NCBI GenBank assembly: GCA_037305845.1
Contig: CP147778.1
Location: 928,001 to 992,000, forward strand
Direction of reading: 5' to 3'
Length of the DNA stretch: 64,000 nucleotides
Source of the DNA: Candidatus Freyarchaeum deiterrae
GTDB taxonomy: Archaea; Asgardarchaeota; Jordiarchaeia; Jordiarchaeales; Jordiarchaeaceae
Every line of letters starts with the position of its first letter. The first letter of the stretch is position 1. Under the pieces are notes generated by a model. The model did no database searches and was not told the DNA's origin. It saw nothing but the letters and a program-made list of their open reading frames with translations. A program made the position numbers and the translations under genes. Below, piece by piece: positions 1 through 10,149 of the stretch.

Positions 1-216
1 TTTTTGAATTGAAAGATGAAATTTGAAGTTACATCTTCGGACAATTTTTACACCTGACTCTTCCTTTATGAAATAATTACATTCATAGAATAAAAAACTT
101 CCTAGTTACAAAAATAGATACCTTCATCTTAGTAGTGCCAAAATGGTATTAGTTTTCAGTTCTGCTGAGAATTCAATTTGGGAAACGAGGAAGAGAGTTG
201 TTGAGAATTTGTTTTT

Positions 217-906
217 TCATAGGTTATTGAGCTTCAAACGCTTAATGGCTACCGCCCGGTTTTTTATTAATTCTTCTATAACCATTATTACCTCGCCTAT
301 GTCTCTTTTTAGAACTTTTGTTATTTGACCAATGTTCTTTTCTCCATCGATCATTAAAAATAAGTCTACAACCCAGCCTCCAAATATGGAGGTCAAATCT
401 TCGGATATTTTGTTATTAAGAAATTCTAGTGTGAATATTTTCTTCACGGGTATTGAGAAAACAGTCATTTCACTTTGGGATGTGTCTAGCAACGGCTCAT
501 ATGCCGGGAGGCTTTGCTTCAGAGGCATTTTCAGTGATCCACTTAAGACCTTTATATCGGTTTCTTGTTGTTTTAGCGCTTTTTCCTCTAAGTATTTTTG
601 GAACTTCTCAGTTGAACTCTCTAAAACTTTTTGTAATTCGTAGGCGTCTCCTTGGTTAACTATAACCAAAAAATAATCTTGGAAGCGAGAGATTCCAATG
701 TTGCTTTCACGAATTTTGGCAGTAAGAGTGTGAATGTTTATCGCGCTTAAATAAAGAATCAGAGACTGTATTATATCAACCATATTATCGGGAAAGTGTG
801 AAATTAGCAGGTTACCGTTTAAATCTGAAATACCAGCATGCTTTACGTAATCACTTTTTTCAACTTCTTTTAACAGCGCCTCAAAATCCTCTATTACTGC
901 GCTCAT
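217..906 (-). CDS. Roadblock/longin-like N-terminal domain plus C-terminal winged-helix protein
   Basis: N-term helix-beta(GISDLNGNLLISH)-helix-beta pattern; C-term 'LFLMIDGEKNIGQITKVL...IEELIKNRAV' is wHTH-like. Confidence 0.5.
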   Translation of the reverse strand: MSAVIEDFEALLKEVEKSDYVKHAGISDLNGNLLISHFPDNMVDIIQSLILYLSAINIHTLTAKIRESNIGISRFQDYFLVIVNQGDAYELQKVLESSTEKFQKYLEEKALKQQETDIKVLSGSLKMPLKQSLPAYEPLLDTSQSEMTVFSIPVKKIFTLEFLNNKISEDLTSIFGGWVVDLFLMIDGEKNIGQITKVLKRDIGEVIMVIEELIKNRAVAIKRLKLNNL

Positions 907-1275
907 GACTTATCCCACTAAGTAGCTATTTTTACCGGTTTATTATTTATTGAATTTTGCAGTTTTCCCATTATCAGGAAGGAATGGGGAGTAAACTGAA
1001 TTGTTGTTATTACTATTATTATTGCGTCATAGTTTATTTGCTGGTTAGTTTGCCAGTAGGCTGTTCAAGTTATATGTTTTACTCCATTCTCAAAAATAGG
1101 ATTTGGATTTTTCTGAAAAAATAAACGAAATAAAACCTTTTTTAAAAAGCAGTATTGTAATATGAACGTAATAATGATTTTTCGGCAGTTAAAAATAAGA
1201 GTTAAATATAATTACAAACTCTTAGCTTTATGTGTCACTCAGAAGAGAAAATGGTAAGGTTTTAGAGGGAATAAA

Positions 1276-2631
1276 ATGTCTGGAAATGTTTTCCATGCTT
1301 ATGACGTAAGGGCAGTTTTTAATGAGGAAATAGATGCGGAGAACATAGTGAGAATAGGACTCGCTTTTGGAACGTATCTAGGTGGGCAAGGCCTTGTTTT
1401 CACCGGAAGAGATGTTAGAACAAGTTCAAAGATAGTGGAAAACGCTGCCGTTTCTGGGATTTGCTCCACCGGTTGTGATGTCACTTCACTGGGTTTACTT
1501 CCAATCCCTCTGTTTAATTTCTATACATGGAAACATAAACCCGAAGCAGGATTAATGGTTACCGCGTCTCATAATCCACCAGAATTTACTGGATTGCGTT
1601 TTAGACACAACGATGGCACTGGTTTCTCCGAAGAGAACGAAAAAATTAAGAAAATTTATCTTGAAGGCAACTTCCATAAAGAGCCCTGGAATAAGCTAGG
1701 AGAATTCACGAGCATCAGCACGCAAGTGGTTATTTCTGAGTACATTAAATATTTGTTTGAGAAGATATCTTTAGAGAAAAAATTGAAAGTGGTTCTCGAC
1801 CCGGGAACAGGAACAGCCTCCATAGTGGCGCCCCAGCTCTTCAGAAAGGCTGGTTGTAAGGTTTTTACGATAAATTCGCAGATTGACGGAACTTTCCCTG
1901 GTAGAGATCCCTATCCCCACGAGGGAAATATTGATGATTTACAAAAAATTATTGTGGATCAAGGCGCGGATATAGGAGTGGCTTACGATGGGGATGCGGA
2001 TAGAGCGGTTTTTGTGGACGATAAGGGGCGAGTGGTGAGACCTGAGGTTGCAGGGGTGCTCTTCATAAGGGACGCCCTTTCCAAGAAGAAAGGCAGTATT
2101 ATAGTAGCTAACGTTGCTAGCTCCATGATTGTACAAGAACAGGTAGAGGCTTTAGGAGGCGAAGTAATTTATGAGCGAGTCGGAGACGTTTTTATGACGG
2201 ACGCAATTAAAAAACATAACGCGGTATTTGGAATCGAACCCTCAGGACACTTTTATTCAAATTTATTCTATCCTTTTGATGATGGAATTCAATCCAGTCT
2301 TCTTTTGGCAGAAATCATTTCCAAGGAAAAGAAGCCACTATCAGAACTTGTCGATGAAATTCCAGTATATCCCATGACGGAAGAATCCATTGACTGCCCT
2401 GAAGAGAAAAAATCTCAGGTCATAGAGAGAACCAAAGAAAAACTAGAAGAGAAAGGATATAAACTCAACTTGATGGATGGCGTGAGAATAGACAAACAAG
2501 AAGGCTGGGCAATAGTAAGACCCTCAAACACTCAACCATTAATCCGTGTTACCGCAGAAGCGAAGACCGAATCGAAGTTAAAACAGCTAAAAAGCGAGAT
2601 ATTAAGTGTTTTAAAAGAGACGCTGGAATAA
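1276..2631 (+). CDS. Phosphomannomutase/phosphoglucosamine mutase (alpha-D-phosphohexomutase)
   Basis: TASHNP phosphoserine motif, DGDADR metal loop, RPSNTQP. Confidence 0.95.
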   Translation: MSGNVFHAYDVRAVFNEEIDAENIVRIGLAFGTYLGGQGLVFTGRDVRTSSKIVENAAVSGICSTGCDVTSLGLLPIPLFNFYTWKHKPEAGLMVTASHNPPEFTGLRFRHNDGTGFSEENEKIKKIYLEGNFHKEPWNKLGEFTSISTQVVISEYIKYLFEKISLEKKLKVVLDPGTGTASIVAPQLFRKAGCKVFTINSQIDGTFPGRDPYPHEGNIDDLQKIIVDQGADIGVAYDGDADRAVFVDDKGRVVRPEVAGVLFIRDALSKKKGSIIVANVASSMIVQEQVEALGGEVIYERVGDVFMTDAIKKHNAVFGIEPSGHFYSNLFYPFDDGIQSSLLLAEIISKEKKPLSELVDEIPVYPMTEESIDCPEEKKSQVIERTKEKLEEKGYKLNLMDGVRIDKQEGWAIVRPSNTQPLIRVTAEAKTESKLKQLKSEILSVLKETLE

Positions 2632-2877
2632 GGTTGAGAAAACCATGCGATTTCAGGAACGAAAAATGTCTACGAACCAAAAAATTTGGTAAGAGATATT
2701 AGCAATATATGTCTCTTTTTCGTGGATAAATTTTATTTACTCAAAATGTAGTTTTTATTTTTACTTTTCCCTGTACCAGATTCTTTGGTGTTTATAAAAG
2801 AGATAAATATTTATTTTAGTTACGTATTGATATGCGTTATAGATACTTATAATAACTCAAGTTACTTTAATCCGAAA

Positions 2878-3024
2878 ATGATGGAAAAACGGCAACGCAT
2901 AAGATACAATCAAAGGACGAACCGTAAATTCGGTTTCAGATTATATGAATTCACTATTTATAATGTCTCTTCTACTTTTACAGAGCAAAAGAAATCAGCA
3001 TTTCGAAGTTTAACAAAGCGATAA
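2878..3024 (+). CDS. Possible Arg/Lys-rich upstream ORF (48 aa) before speD
   Basis: ATG ~28 nt after TATA-like TTATAAT; stop abuts GAGGAG upstream of speD. Confidence 0.25.
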   Translation: MMEKRQRIRYNQRTNRKFGFRLYEFTIYNVSSTFTEQKKSAFRSLTKR

Positions 3025-3045
3025 GAGGAGTTGATTTGAAACTTA

Positions 3046-3447
3046 ATGGAGTGTAAAACAATGGAAGAAGCTCTAGCCTTACACATCATTGGTGAATTAT
3101 TCTCGAATTCGGAAAACATAGACAATCTAAAATTCATTAAGAAGGTGCTCATAGAATCAGCTAAAAAAGCCGGCCTAACTATATTAAATTCGAAATTTCA
3201 CAGATTTAAACCCCAGGGTGTCAGTGGTTTTATAATGATCAGCGAATCCCACTTATCAATTCATACCTGGCCTGAGAGTGGATACGTAGCAATAGATGTC
3301 TTTACTTGTGGGGAACCCTCGCATTGTAGAGCCGCGTACGACTACATAGTGTCAATGCTCAAACCGTCATATCATACGAAAATAGAAATTAAAAGGGGAA
3401 GGTTCAACGAGAACAAAGAACCTGAGAAGAGTATAGTCTATGAATAA
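3046..3447 (+). CDS. speD: S-adenosylmethionine decarboxylase proenzyme (pyruvoyl)
   Basis: ES self-cleavage site in ISESHLSIHTWPE; DVFTCG. Confidence 0.93.
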   Translation: MECKTMEEALALHIIGELFSNSENIDNLKFIKKVLIESAKKAGLTILNSKFHRFKPQGVSGFIMISESHLSIHTWPESGYVAIDVFTCGEPSHCRAAYDYIVSMLKPSYHTKIEIKRGRFNENKEPEKSIVYE

Positions 3448-4345
3448 CGAAAACCTGACCCTGTGGTTTGCTAATTGGCACACGGATAATATTCAGCACC
3501 TAGTGAAGGTTAAACCTATTTACAGCACTCAATCAGAATATCAGCGAATTGAAGTAGTTGATTCTGAGGTTTATGGAAGACTGCTGATTTTGAATGGAGA
3601 GATTCAACTATCAACAAAATTCAACTCCTACATCCACGAAAGCATGACCCACCCCGCACTACTTTTACACCCCCATCCTAAGAATGTGCTAATAATAGGA
3701 GGCGGAGATGGAGGCTCTACAACAGAGGTGGTTAAACACAACGTGGAATCTGATACTGTAGTGGAAATCGATAGGAAAGTTGTCCAAGTTGCAAAGGAAT
3801 ATTTTCCGGGTGTCTCCGCGGGTTTTTCTGACAAACGAGTAACTATAAAATATTTGGATGGCAGGGACTTTGTTGAAAAGAGCAAGGATAAATTTGATGT
3901 TATTATAAATGATATTTCGGACCCGACAGAATCTGCGTGCACCGTGTTCACACGAAGTTTTTTCGGCAAGTTGTATGATTGTTTGAGGGAGGATGGAGTT
4001 TTCCTCACCCACGCTGAGTCTCCGGACTCCTGTGAGGAGGTATTTTATAGGGTTATTGCTACTTTGAGGGATGTTTTTCCCATAGTTAGACCTTTCAGAG
4101 TATGGATCCCCCCTTACATTGATTTTTGGGGGAGAGTTATTGCATCCAAAAAGTATGATCCTTTAGAGCTGGATGTTAGCGATATAACTGAGCGTATTAG
4201 TGAGAGAGGCTTTTTGCTAGAATGGTTAACTCCTGAATTGTTTTATGCCATGTTTCGCTCCTTCTCAAAGGATGTTATTGATAAAATGAATCAGAAGTGG
4301 AGAATAATTACTGAGACGGATTTCCCTCTTTTTAACAGACCTTGA
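3440..4345 (+). CDS. speE: Spermidine synthase / aminopropyltransferase
   Basis: LIIGGGDGG, VEID, DVIINDISDP; overlaps speD. Confidence 0.92.
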   Translation: MNNENLTLWFANWHTDNIQHLVKVKPIYSTQSEYQRIEVVDSEVYGRLLILNGEIQLSTKFNSYIHESMTHPALLLHPHPKNVLIIGGGDGGSTTEVVKHNVESDTVVEIDRKVVQVAKEYFPGVSAGFSDKRVTIKYLDGRDFVEKSKDKFDVIINDISDPTESACTVFTRSFFGKLYDCLREDGVFLTHAESPDSCEEVFYRVIATLRDVFPIVRPFRVWIPPYIDFWGRVIASKKYDPLELDVSDITERISERGFLLEWLTPELFYAMFRSFSKDVIDKMNQKWRIITETDFPLFNRP

Positions 4346-4365
4346 AGAATTATAGGTGAACAATC

Positions 4366-5529
4366 ATGTCAAATTTTGAAATAAATAAGAAATTTTTGAG
4401 TTCAATGGCAAAAGAGTGTAAAAGGAAGAACCCCGTGGATCCCAACATTACCTCCTATGAGATATCAAGAATAATTTTTCAACTTGTCGATGGAAATACC
4501 TTAGGAAACATCACTTCTAAAATGCAGGTAGCTTCGGTTATGGCGGCAATGGGATATTTGCATTACAAAGAATTGCTATCCTATGAGGAAAGTACAAGAA
4601 TATTCAAACTTAAGGCGACTCCGAGTTGGAATTTGAAATCCTTTACTGGTCTTCAATATAATGTTTTGAAAGAGGTACTTCCGAAAGCTGATTTACTCAA
4701 TCGGATTCTGGAGGAGCGTAAACTCGGGTTGATATCGGAATACGCCCAGTTATTTATTAATATTGAGACGCTTCTCAGAAAGTTCACTCTGATGCAATCT
4801 TTTAACGACTTGGAGGGCAAGGATGTTATTTTCGTAGGCGATGATGATTTATTAAGCGTATTTACTGCTCTTCTAGGTGATGCCAATAGGATAACTGTTC
4901 TGGACGTGGATGAGAGAATATTAGGATTAATTGATAGATTATCAGAAGAAAATGATCTAAATATAGAAACTCTAAAACATAATCTTATGTTGCCCCTGCC
5001 ACCCAGCTTACTGGGAAAATTCGACACCTTCTGCACGGATTCATCCCATTGCTTGGGAGGAATTGCCCTCTTTGTAAGCCGGGGGATATCTTCGCTCAAA
5101 AAAGAAAAAGAAACTGCGGGCTACTTTAATTTCCAAACTGTCGACGAAGCACCATTGATGAGTTTTCAAATAAGAAAAAGACTTTGGGAATACTTGACCA
5201 ATAGAATGAAAGTTGTGGTGTCATGCGCTCTTCCATCGTTTTCAAATTATATTATTCCAGAAGAAGAAAATGAGACACTCACCGAAAAGTTTCTTGAAGC
5301 ATTATCCGCACCTAATTTTGAAAAGTACAAACCGTTAAGTGCGTACCGGGATACTTCAACCTTCATAGAATTTTATCCCTATTTTTCAATGGAACCTGCA
5401 ACGACTCTGAGGATAACTTGTTTAAACTCGGAATCTCTAATAACTGGAGAATTCAATAAAGAATGCGAAAAAGAGTACGGACCTATCTATTCATGGAAAT
5501 ATTTAAAGGAAAAAATAAAAATTGACTAG
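4366..5529 (+). CDS. bpsA: Branched-chain polyamine synthase BpsA-like (DUF43)
   Basis: DLEGKDVIFVGDDDLLS, LDVDERIL, LFVSRGI; operon with speD/speE. Confidence 0.75.
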   Translation: MSNFEINKKFLSSMAKECKRKNPVDPNITSYEISRIIFQLVDGNTLGNITSKMQVASVMAAMGYLHYKELLSYEESTRIFKLKATPSWNLKSFTGLQYNVLKEVLPKADLLNRILEERKLGLISEYAQLFINIETLLRKFTLMQSFNDLEGKDVIFVGDDDLLSVFTALLGDANRITVLDVDERILGLIDRLSEENDLNIETLKHNLMLPLPPSLLGKFDTFCTDSSHCLGGIALFVSRGISSLKKEKETAGYFNFQTVDEAPLMSFQIRKRLWEYLTNRMKVVVSCALPSFSNYIIPEEENETLTEKFLEALSAPNFEKYKPLSAYRDTSTFIEFYPYFSMEPATTLRITCLNSESLITGEFNKECEKEYGPIYSWKYLKEKIKID

Positions 5530-5605
5530 TTTCAACAACGTGTGTTGCAATACAGAATAAAAGAAAATGAGAGAGGGCAAATTACTGATAAAAAGTGGTG
5601 AGTAG

Positions 5606-5863
5606 CTATAGTTTTTTGTTTAGCCTTTTTCCCTCTTCGGTTATAGATATCCAATTCGTTTCCGTTCGATTAACCAGTCCTTTTTTAACCAAGCTGTTGA
5701 TTGTTTCTTCGGGAGTCGTTTTGGCTTTTCCAATGATCCAAATCCGGTAAACCTTCTGCAATCTCCCTGTAATGGTTTTCTGGCGCTCACCTATAGAAAA
5801 CTGAGCAATTAAAGCCAGAGCCTGTTTTTCCTCTTCCGTTAGTTCAGTAACCGTATCTGACAT
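5606..5863 (-). CDS. Small winged-helix protein
   Basis: INSLVKKGLV...ISITEEG wHTH signature. Confidence 0.6.
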   Translation of the reverse strand: MSDTVTELTEEEKQALALIAQFSIGERQKTITGRLQKVYRIWIIGKAKTTPEETINSLVKKGLVNRTETNWISITEEGKRLNKKL

Positions 5864-5997
5864 TATTTTTCACTTGAACCGCTTTGGTTATTACTATTGT
5901 ATAATTTAAAAATGGTAATCTCTGCCTAAATCTCTTTCTACTAAAGCAATCAAAAACACGAAAATTATTCAAAGAAAAGGTCTAAGATTGTCTCCAA

Positions 5998-6130
5998 TTA
6001 CTTTTTGACCCACTTAAACCCAGTTTCCAACGCTTTCAAATTAACTTCCTCATCCCTCATCTCCTCTTCTACCGTCTACTTAACAGACTCGTAACTAACA
6101 GGAAAAACCCCCAATTTCGAAAATGAAACA
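5998..6130 (-). pseudogene. Remnant of C-terminus of 2-oxoacid:ferredoxin oxidoreductase gamma/IorB-like subunit
   Basis: Manual translation FSKLGVFPVSYESVK*TVEEEMRDEEVNLKALETGFKWVKK*; internal stop, no start. Confidence 0.5.
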
Positions 6131-6308
6131 AGTTCGGCTACATATGTTCATATATTCGTTACAACGTTTATCCTATCAGTTAATTAGAGTCAACTAGTTG
6201 GCTCTTGAAGGATAGAGGTTCATAACTGTTTTCAGTTTCAATTCTAATTAAGGTAAATAAGTCTAATACGAAGATGAGTAAGGACTCGCTTCTTTCTGAA
6301 AGGCTTTA

Positions 6309-7370
6309 TTGAAGGAAACTCGGTCTATCAAAAGAAACTTTCTCAGTTGGATGGTCATTCAGATGTCTTTGGAAGAACGTTCATCTCAGCAATCAAAACC
6401 ATTGTCTCCGCCTCGGAAAAACTCTGAAGATATTTTGGGCGAGTTGAGAGAATTAAACCCTGAATTTTTTGAAAGGTATGAAATAATCGATAACTCAAAA
6501 GAGTTTTTGGAATATTTATTGAAGCCTTTGAGGAAGAGTATCGTGATTAATACTCTTAAAGTAAGTTTTGAGGATGTAGCAGAGAACCTTAGTAAAGATT
6601 TTAATCTTGAGCCAGTGCCTTGGTGCGGTGACGGATTTTTTGTCTATTCTAAGGAGGCTGATGCCGAGACTAGGATAGGTAACATGATGGAGTATCAACT
6701 TGGTCTTATTTTTTCTCAGGAGGCGGCCTCCATGATTCCCCCTGTCGTGCTTGACGTAAAGCCGGGGCACTGTGTTCTTGATATGGCTGCAGCTCCAGGG
6801 AGCAAAACAGTTCATATTGGAATGTATATGAAGAACGAGGGTTGTTTGATTGCGGACGATATTAAGGGAAAAAGATTGAATATTCTAATACAGAAAATTC
6901 AGAGATGTGGTATTTTAAACGCGTGGGTTACCATGAAGGATGGAAGATACTTTAACCGATTTGAAAACAAGTTTGACAGAGTGCTTCTCGATGTGCCCTG
7001 TTCCAACGCTGGGATGATAAGAAAGAATTTCAAGTACCTAAGGCTTTGGAACATGAGTAGAGTTGAAAATCTACCCCCGCTTCAGAAGGAGATGCTTCTT
7101 GTAGGCTACAAAGCATTGAAACCGGGGGGAATTATGGTTTACTCAACTTGCACTCTGGACCCAACTGAAAATGAAGAAGTCGTAGATTATCTCATATCAA
7201 AAACAAACGCTAGAGTTGACGAGATAAACTTGCCCATAAGGAGAACAAAACCATTCACCGAATTTGAGGAAAAAAAATTTGACAACCAGGTTAAAAAATG
7301 TCTCAGGCTCCATCCCCAAGACAATGACACAGAAGGTTTTTTCGTAGCAAAAATAGTTAAAGAGGACTAA
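6309..7370 (+). CDS. RsmB/NOP2/RsmF-family RNA m5C methyltransferase (true start possibly 6363)
   Basis: LDMAAAPGSKT, DVPCS, YSTCT catalytic cysteines. Confidence 0.93.
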   Translation: MKETRSIKRNFLSWMVIQMSLEERSSQQSKPLSPPRKNSEDILGELRELNPEFFERYEIIDNSKEFLEYLLKPLRKSIVINTLKVSFEDVAENLSKDFNLEPVPWCGDGFFVYSKEADAETRIGNMMEYQLGLIFSQEAASMIPPVVLDVKPGHCVLDMAAAPGSKTVHIGMYMKNEGCLIADDIKGKRLNILIQKIQRCGILNAWVTMKDGRYFNRFENKFDRVLLDVPCSNAGMIRKNFKYLRLWNMSRVENLPPLQKEMLLVGYKALKPGGIMVYSTCTLDPTENEEVVDYLISKTNARVDEINLPIRRTKPFTEFEEKKFDNQVKKCLRLHPQDNDTEGFFVAKIVKED

Positions 7371-7373
7371 GAG

Positions 7374-7820
7374 ATGACTGAAACAGACTCCACTCAAAAA
7401 GTATCCATGATTATAGAAAAACAGTTTGGGGTTAAAATAAATTTTAAATTCAGAGAAGCAGGCAAAAATAAAGTCTACGCTTATAAAGAGTGCACAAACT
7501 TGGAAAAGCAATCCATAGAAATAGTCCACTACGGAGTTTACTTTGGAAGATTCGATAAAGATGGACTAAGACTATCAATCGAAGGCGCCCAGCTAATAGG
7601 TAAAGAAGCAAAAAGAAACATAATAGAAATTGACCATAATAAAGCAGTCAAATGGATGAAGGGAGAAGACCTCAAAATCGAATCGGGAGCCCAGGGTTAC
7701 GTAATTCTGAAGTGGAAAAACTACTACCTCGGATGCGGTGAAATCAAAAACGGAACAATCAAAAACCATCTACCAAAAGATAGAAGAATCACCATCCAAG
7801 AAACCGAACCACAAGATTAA
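7374..7820 (+). CDS. RsmF C-terminal/NIP7-like PUA-type RNA-binding partner
   Basis: GVYFGRFDKDGLRLSIEGAQL, WMKGEDL, NHLPKDRR; directly after the methylase. Confidence 0.75.
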   Translation: MTETDSTQKVSMIIEKQFGVKINFKFREAGKNKVYAYKECTNLEKQSIEIVHYGVYFGRFDKDGLRLSIEGAQLIGKEAKRNIIEIDHNKAVKWMKGEDLKIESGAQGYVILKWKNYYLGCGEIKNGTIKNHLPKDRRITIQETEPQD

Positions 7821-7860
7821 TCTAAAAAAACATGAATTTCCAAAAATTTGTACAAAGTAC

Positions 7861-8475
7861 TTACTCCTCTTTCACCTTAAGTAAGCCCAGAAACTGCTTT
7901 AGTATCATAGCCGTAGCCCCCCAAATGACCTGCCCATTATAGTTATAGAAATAAACTGAAACATTGTGCCCGAAATATTCACGTAACTCCTCATGAAAAT
8001 TTCTTTCATCAAGCAACACTGATAAGGGAACCTCAATAACCCACTCAAGTTCATACTTATTTATTTTAGACCAAGCGTCAGGTGGATGTTTAACTAAACC
8101 CACAAATGGAGTGACTAGATAACTACTAGTAAACGTAACAATATCATCCAGCTCTCCCAAAACCTCAATGTTTTCCCTCGCCAACCCTATCTCCTCAAAA
8201 GTCTCCCTAAACGCGGTATTCAACAAAGTCACATCTTCCACATCAAATCCCCCTCCTGGAAATGAAATCTGACCCTTATGAAATTGAAGTCGATTGCTCC
8301 TCTTTTCAAAAATAATATGGTACTCGCCATTCCTCTCGAAGAGAAGAAGAAAGACCGCGGCGCGTTTGAATTTTGGGTCAGACAATTCTTGCCTCTGACG
8401 TTTGGAAAGCAACTCCTTAATCCTTGACTCCACTTGAGTCGGCCTCCTTTTTCCCAGAATTAGACAAATCATCAC
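7861..8475 (-). CDS. Nudix CoA pyrophosphatase
   Basis: HKGQISFPGG...AFRETFEEIG Nudix box, IWGATA. Confidence 0.9.
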   Translation of the reverse strand: MMICLILGKRRPTQVESRIKELLSKRQRQELSDPKFKRAAVFLLLFERNGEYHIIFEKRSNRLQFHKGQISFPGGGFDVEDVTLLNTAFRETFEEIGLARENIEVLGELDDIVTFTSSYLVTPFVGLVKHPPDAWSKINKYELEWVIEVPLSVLLDERNFHEELREYFGHNVSVYFYNYNGQVIWGATAMILKQFLGLLKVKEE

Positions 8476-8772
8476 GGGAAATGTTTTTCTTGTATTAAAT
8501 TACAATGCTTTTTGAGACAGTGTTAGGCAAAAATACCACTTACTGGGGTTCTTTAAACATTTCTTTGTATCTTTTTTCAATTCGCAGCAAAAATATAGTC
8601 AAATGCAAGAAGTTAAGGTCACCGCTAAGTGTTGAAAAACCCTCCTTTCTTTATTGTAGTTTTAAGAAGTGCTGAGAAACTAGGAGTATTGCACTGTGTA
8701 AGTACGAGCAATTGCAAACGAAGGTTTGTTGATTACTGGTTTAAAAAAGAAGAGGGTGTTAAAGATGTTGGT

Positions 8773-10038
8773 TTAGAAGGGTTTTTGGAGGGTTGAGTCT
8801 GGAAAGACAGCGACCCTAGGTTTTCCTTCGTGCGTGTTTTTAAGCTCCTCGAGGGTTTCCTCCCAGGTTCTGAGGTTGATAGTTTTCTCTGGAGGGGTCA
8901 TTTCCAGCCAGGGTTGCTTCTCGGGGTACTGTGACAGTATTATTATTTTTCCCACTCGGTTTAGTATTCCCGGCGGTGGTAACCACAGGTTTCCTCCAAC
9001 TCTACTGATTCCCCATCTTCCATGGACAAAGTGTGACACCTGTCCTGTAGGTGTGTTGTACACAATCACCAGAGTTCCTCCCTCCTTCATTGCTACCGCT
9101 GGCCAGCAGGATATGGCGGCTTCGCTGGCCTTGGAATAGGCATTGGATATCACTATGTCTGGTGTTTGAGGTATCTGCGCTCGGTAGTGGGTCATCGCTT
9201 CCTCTACTCCTTTCCTCTGGGCTTCCACGACATCTCCTGCAAATATATCGGTGGAGTTTCTCTTAAAATCAAAGAGGACGTTCACTACCATATCCATGCC
9301 TACCATTCTAGTCGCTTCCTCAGAATCTTGCCTCATAATGTTTTCCGTGTTAAGCCTTCCGTATACAAGCTGGCAGGAAGGATGCAAGTCTCTAAAGTTT
9401 TGAGCTGCGGACCACCCTCCCAAGTCGCCGTGATTGAATGTTATTGTTCTTACACTGGAGATTCCTGGCATAACAATTTTTGAGCCGCCTCCAAAGCCGA
9501 ACTGGGGATGTGGCACTATACCGCCAATGCCAATCTTGAGGTCGCAGGCCATAACCTCAGCGTTTATCTCCACCGGTGTCCCGTATTTAGTATGCCCCAA
9601 ATAGTTCAGGTTGCTGTGAGGGTTGTGATTAAAAACAGCGTATTCTTCGATGATTTCATCCCCCAGCTTCTTTGAAAAGTCCTCCCTGTTGTAAGTTCCA
9701 TGAGCCCCGTTAGCACAGATAAATCTTATATGATCCTCACCGACTCCTCCTTTTTTCAATTCTTCAAGAACTGAAGGGACTATTTCGAATACTTTAGTGG
9801 GCCTAGTCATGTCATCAAAGACCACCACTACCTCCTTCTTTCCCTCTGCCAGTTTGCTTAAGAGTTTCGTTCCAATAGGGTTCCTCAGAGCCGAACTGAT
9901 TTGGTTTCTCTTCAAGGCGGGTTTTTTCTCGCCTCCCATACCGCATACAGTAACATCCCAATCGGCGGGCAGCTCTAATTCTAGGCTAGTATCACCATAC
10001 CACGGGTTCTGCATTAAACTAACTTTCACCGTGTTCAC
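8773..10038 (-). CDS. LarA-family nickel-pincer-dependent racemase/epimerase
   Basis: DDMTRPT, NHNPH, HPQFGFGGGSKIVMPG, FNH. Confidence 0.85.
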   Translation of the reverse strand: MNTVKVSLMQNPWYGDTSLELELPADWDVTVCGMGGEKKPALKRNQISSALRNPIGTKLLSKLAEGKKEVVVVFDDMTRPTKVFEIVPSVLEELKKGGVGEDHIRFICANGAHGTYNREDFSKKLGDEIIEEYAVFNHNPHSNLNYLGHTKYGTPVEINAEVMACDLKIGIGGIVPHPQFGFGGGSKIVMPGISSVRTITFNHGDLGGWSAAQNFRDLHPSCQLVYGRLNTENIMRQDSEEATRMVGMDMVVNVLFDFKRNSTDIFAGDVVEAQRKGVEEAMTHYRAQIPQTPDIVISNAYSKASEAAISCWPAVAMKEGGTLVIVYNTPTGQVSHFVHGRWGISRVGGNLWLPPPGILNRVGKIIILSQYPEKQPWLEMTPPEKTINLRTWEETLEELKNTHEGKPRVAVFPDSTLQKPF

Positions 10039-10149
10039 CTATCAAAAAGGGGTTATACTTAATTTAAAGCATTTCGACTGCCTTTATGCGTCCTGAACCT
10101 AGAAAAACAAGCTGAGGAATACTGGTGCGTTTAGTTGGTATTGAATGGT

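Noticed and set aside
6235-6263. GTTTCAATTCTAATTAAGGTAAATAAGTC resembles an archaeal CRISPR repeat
   Set aside because: Single copy, no repeat-spacer periodicity, no cas genes
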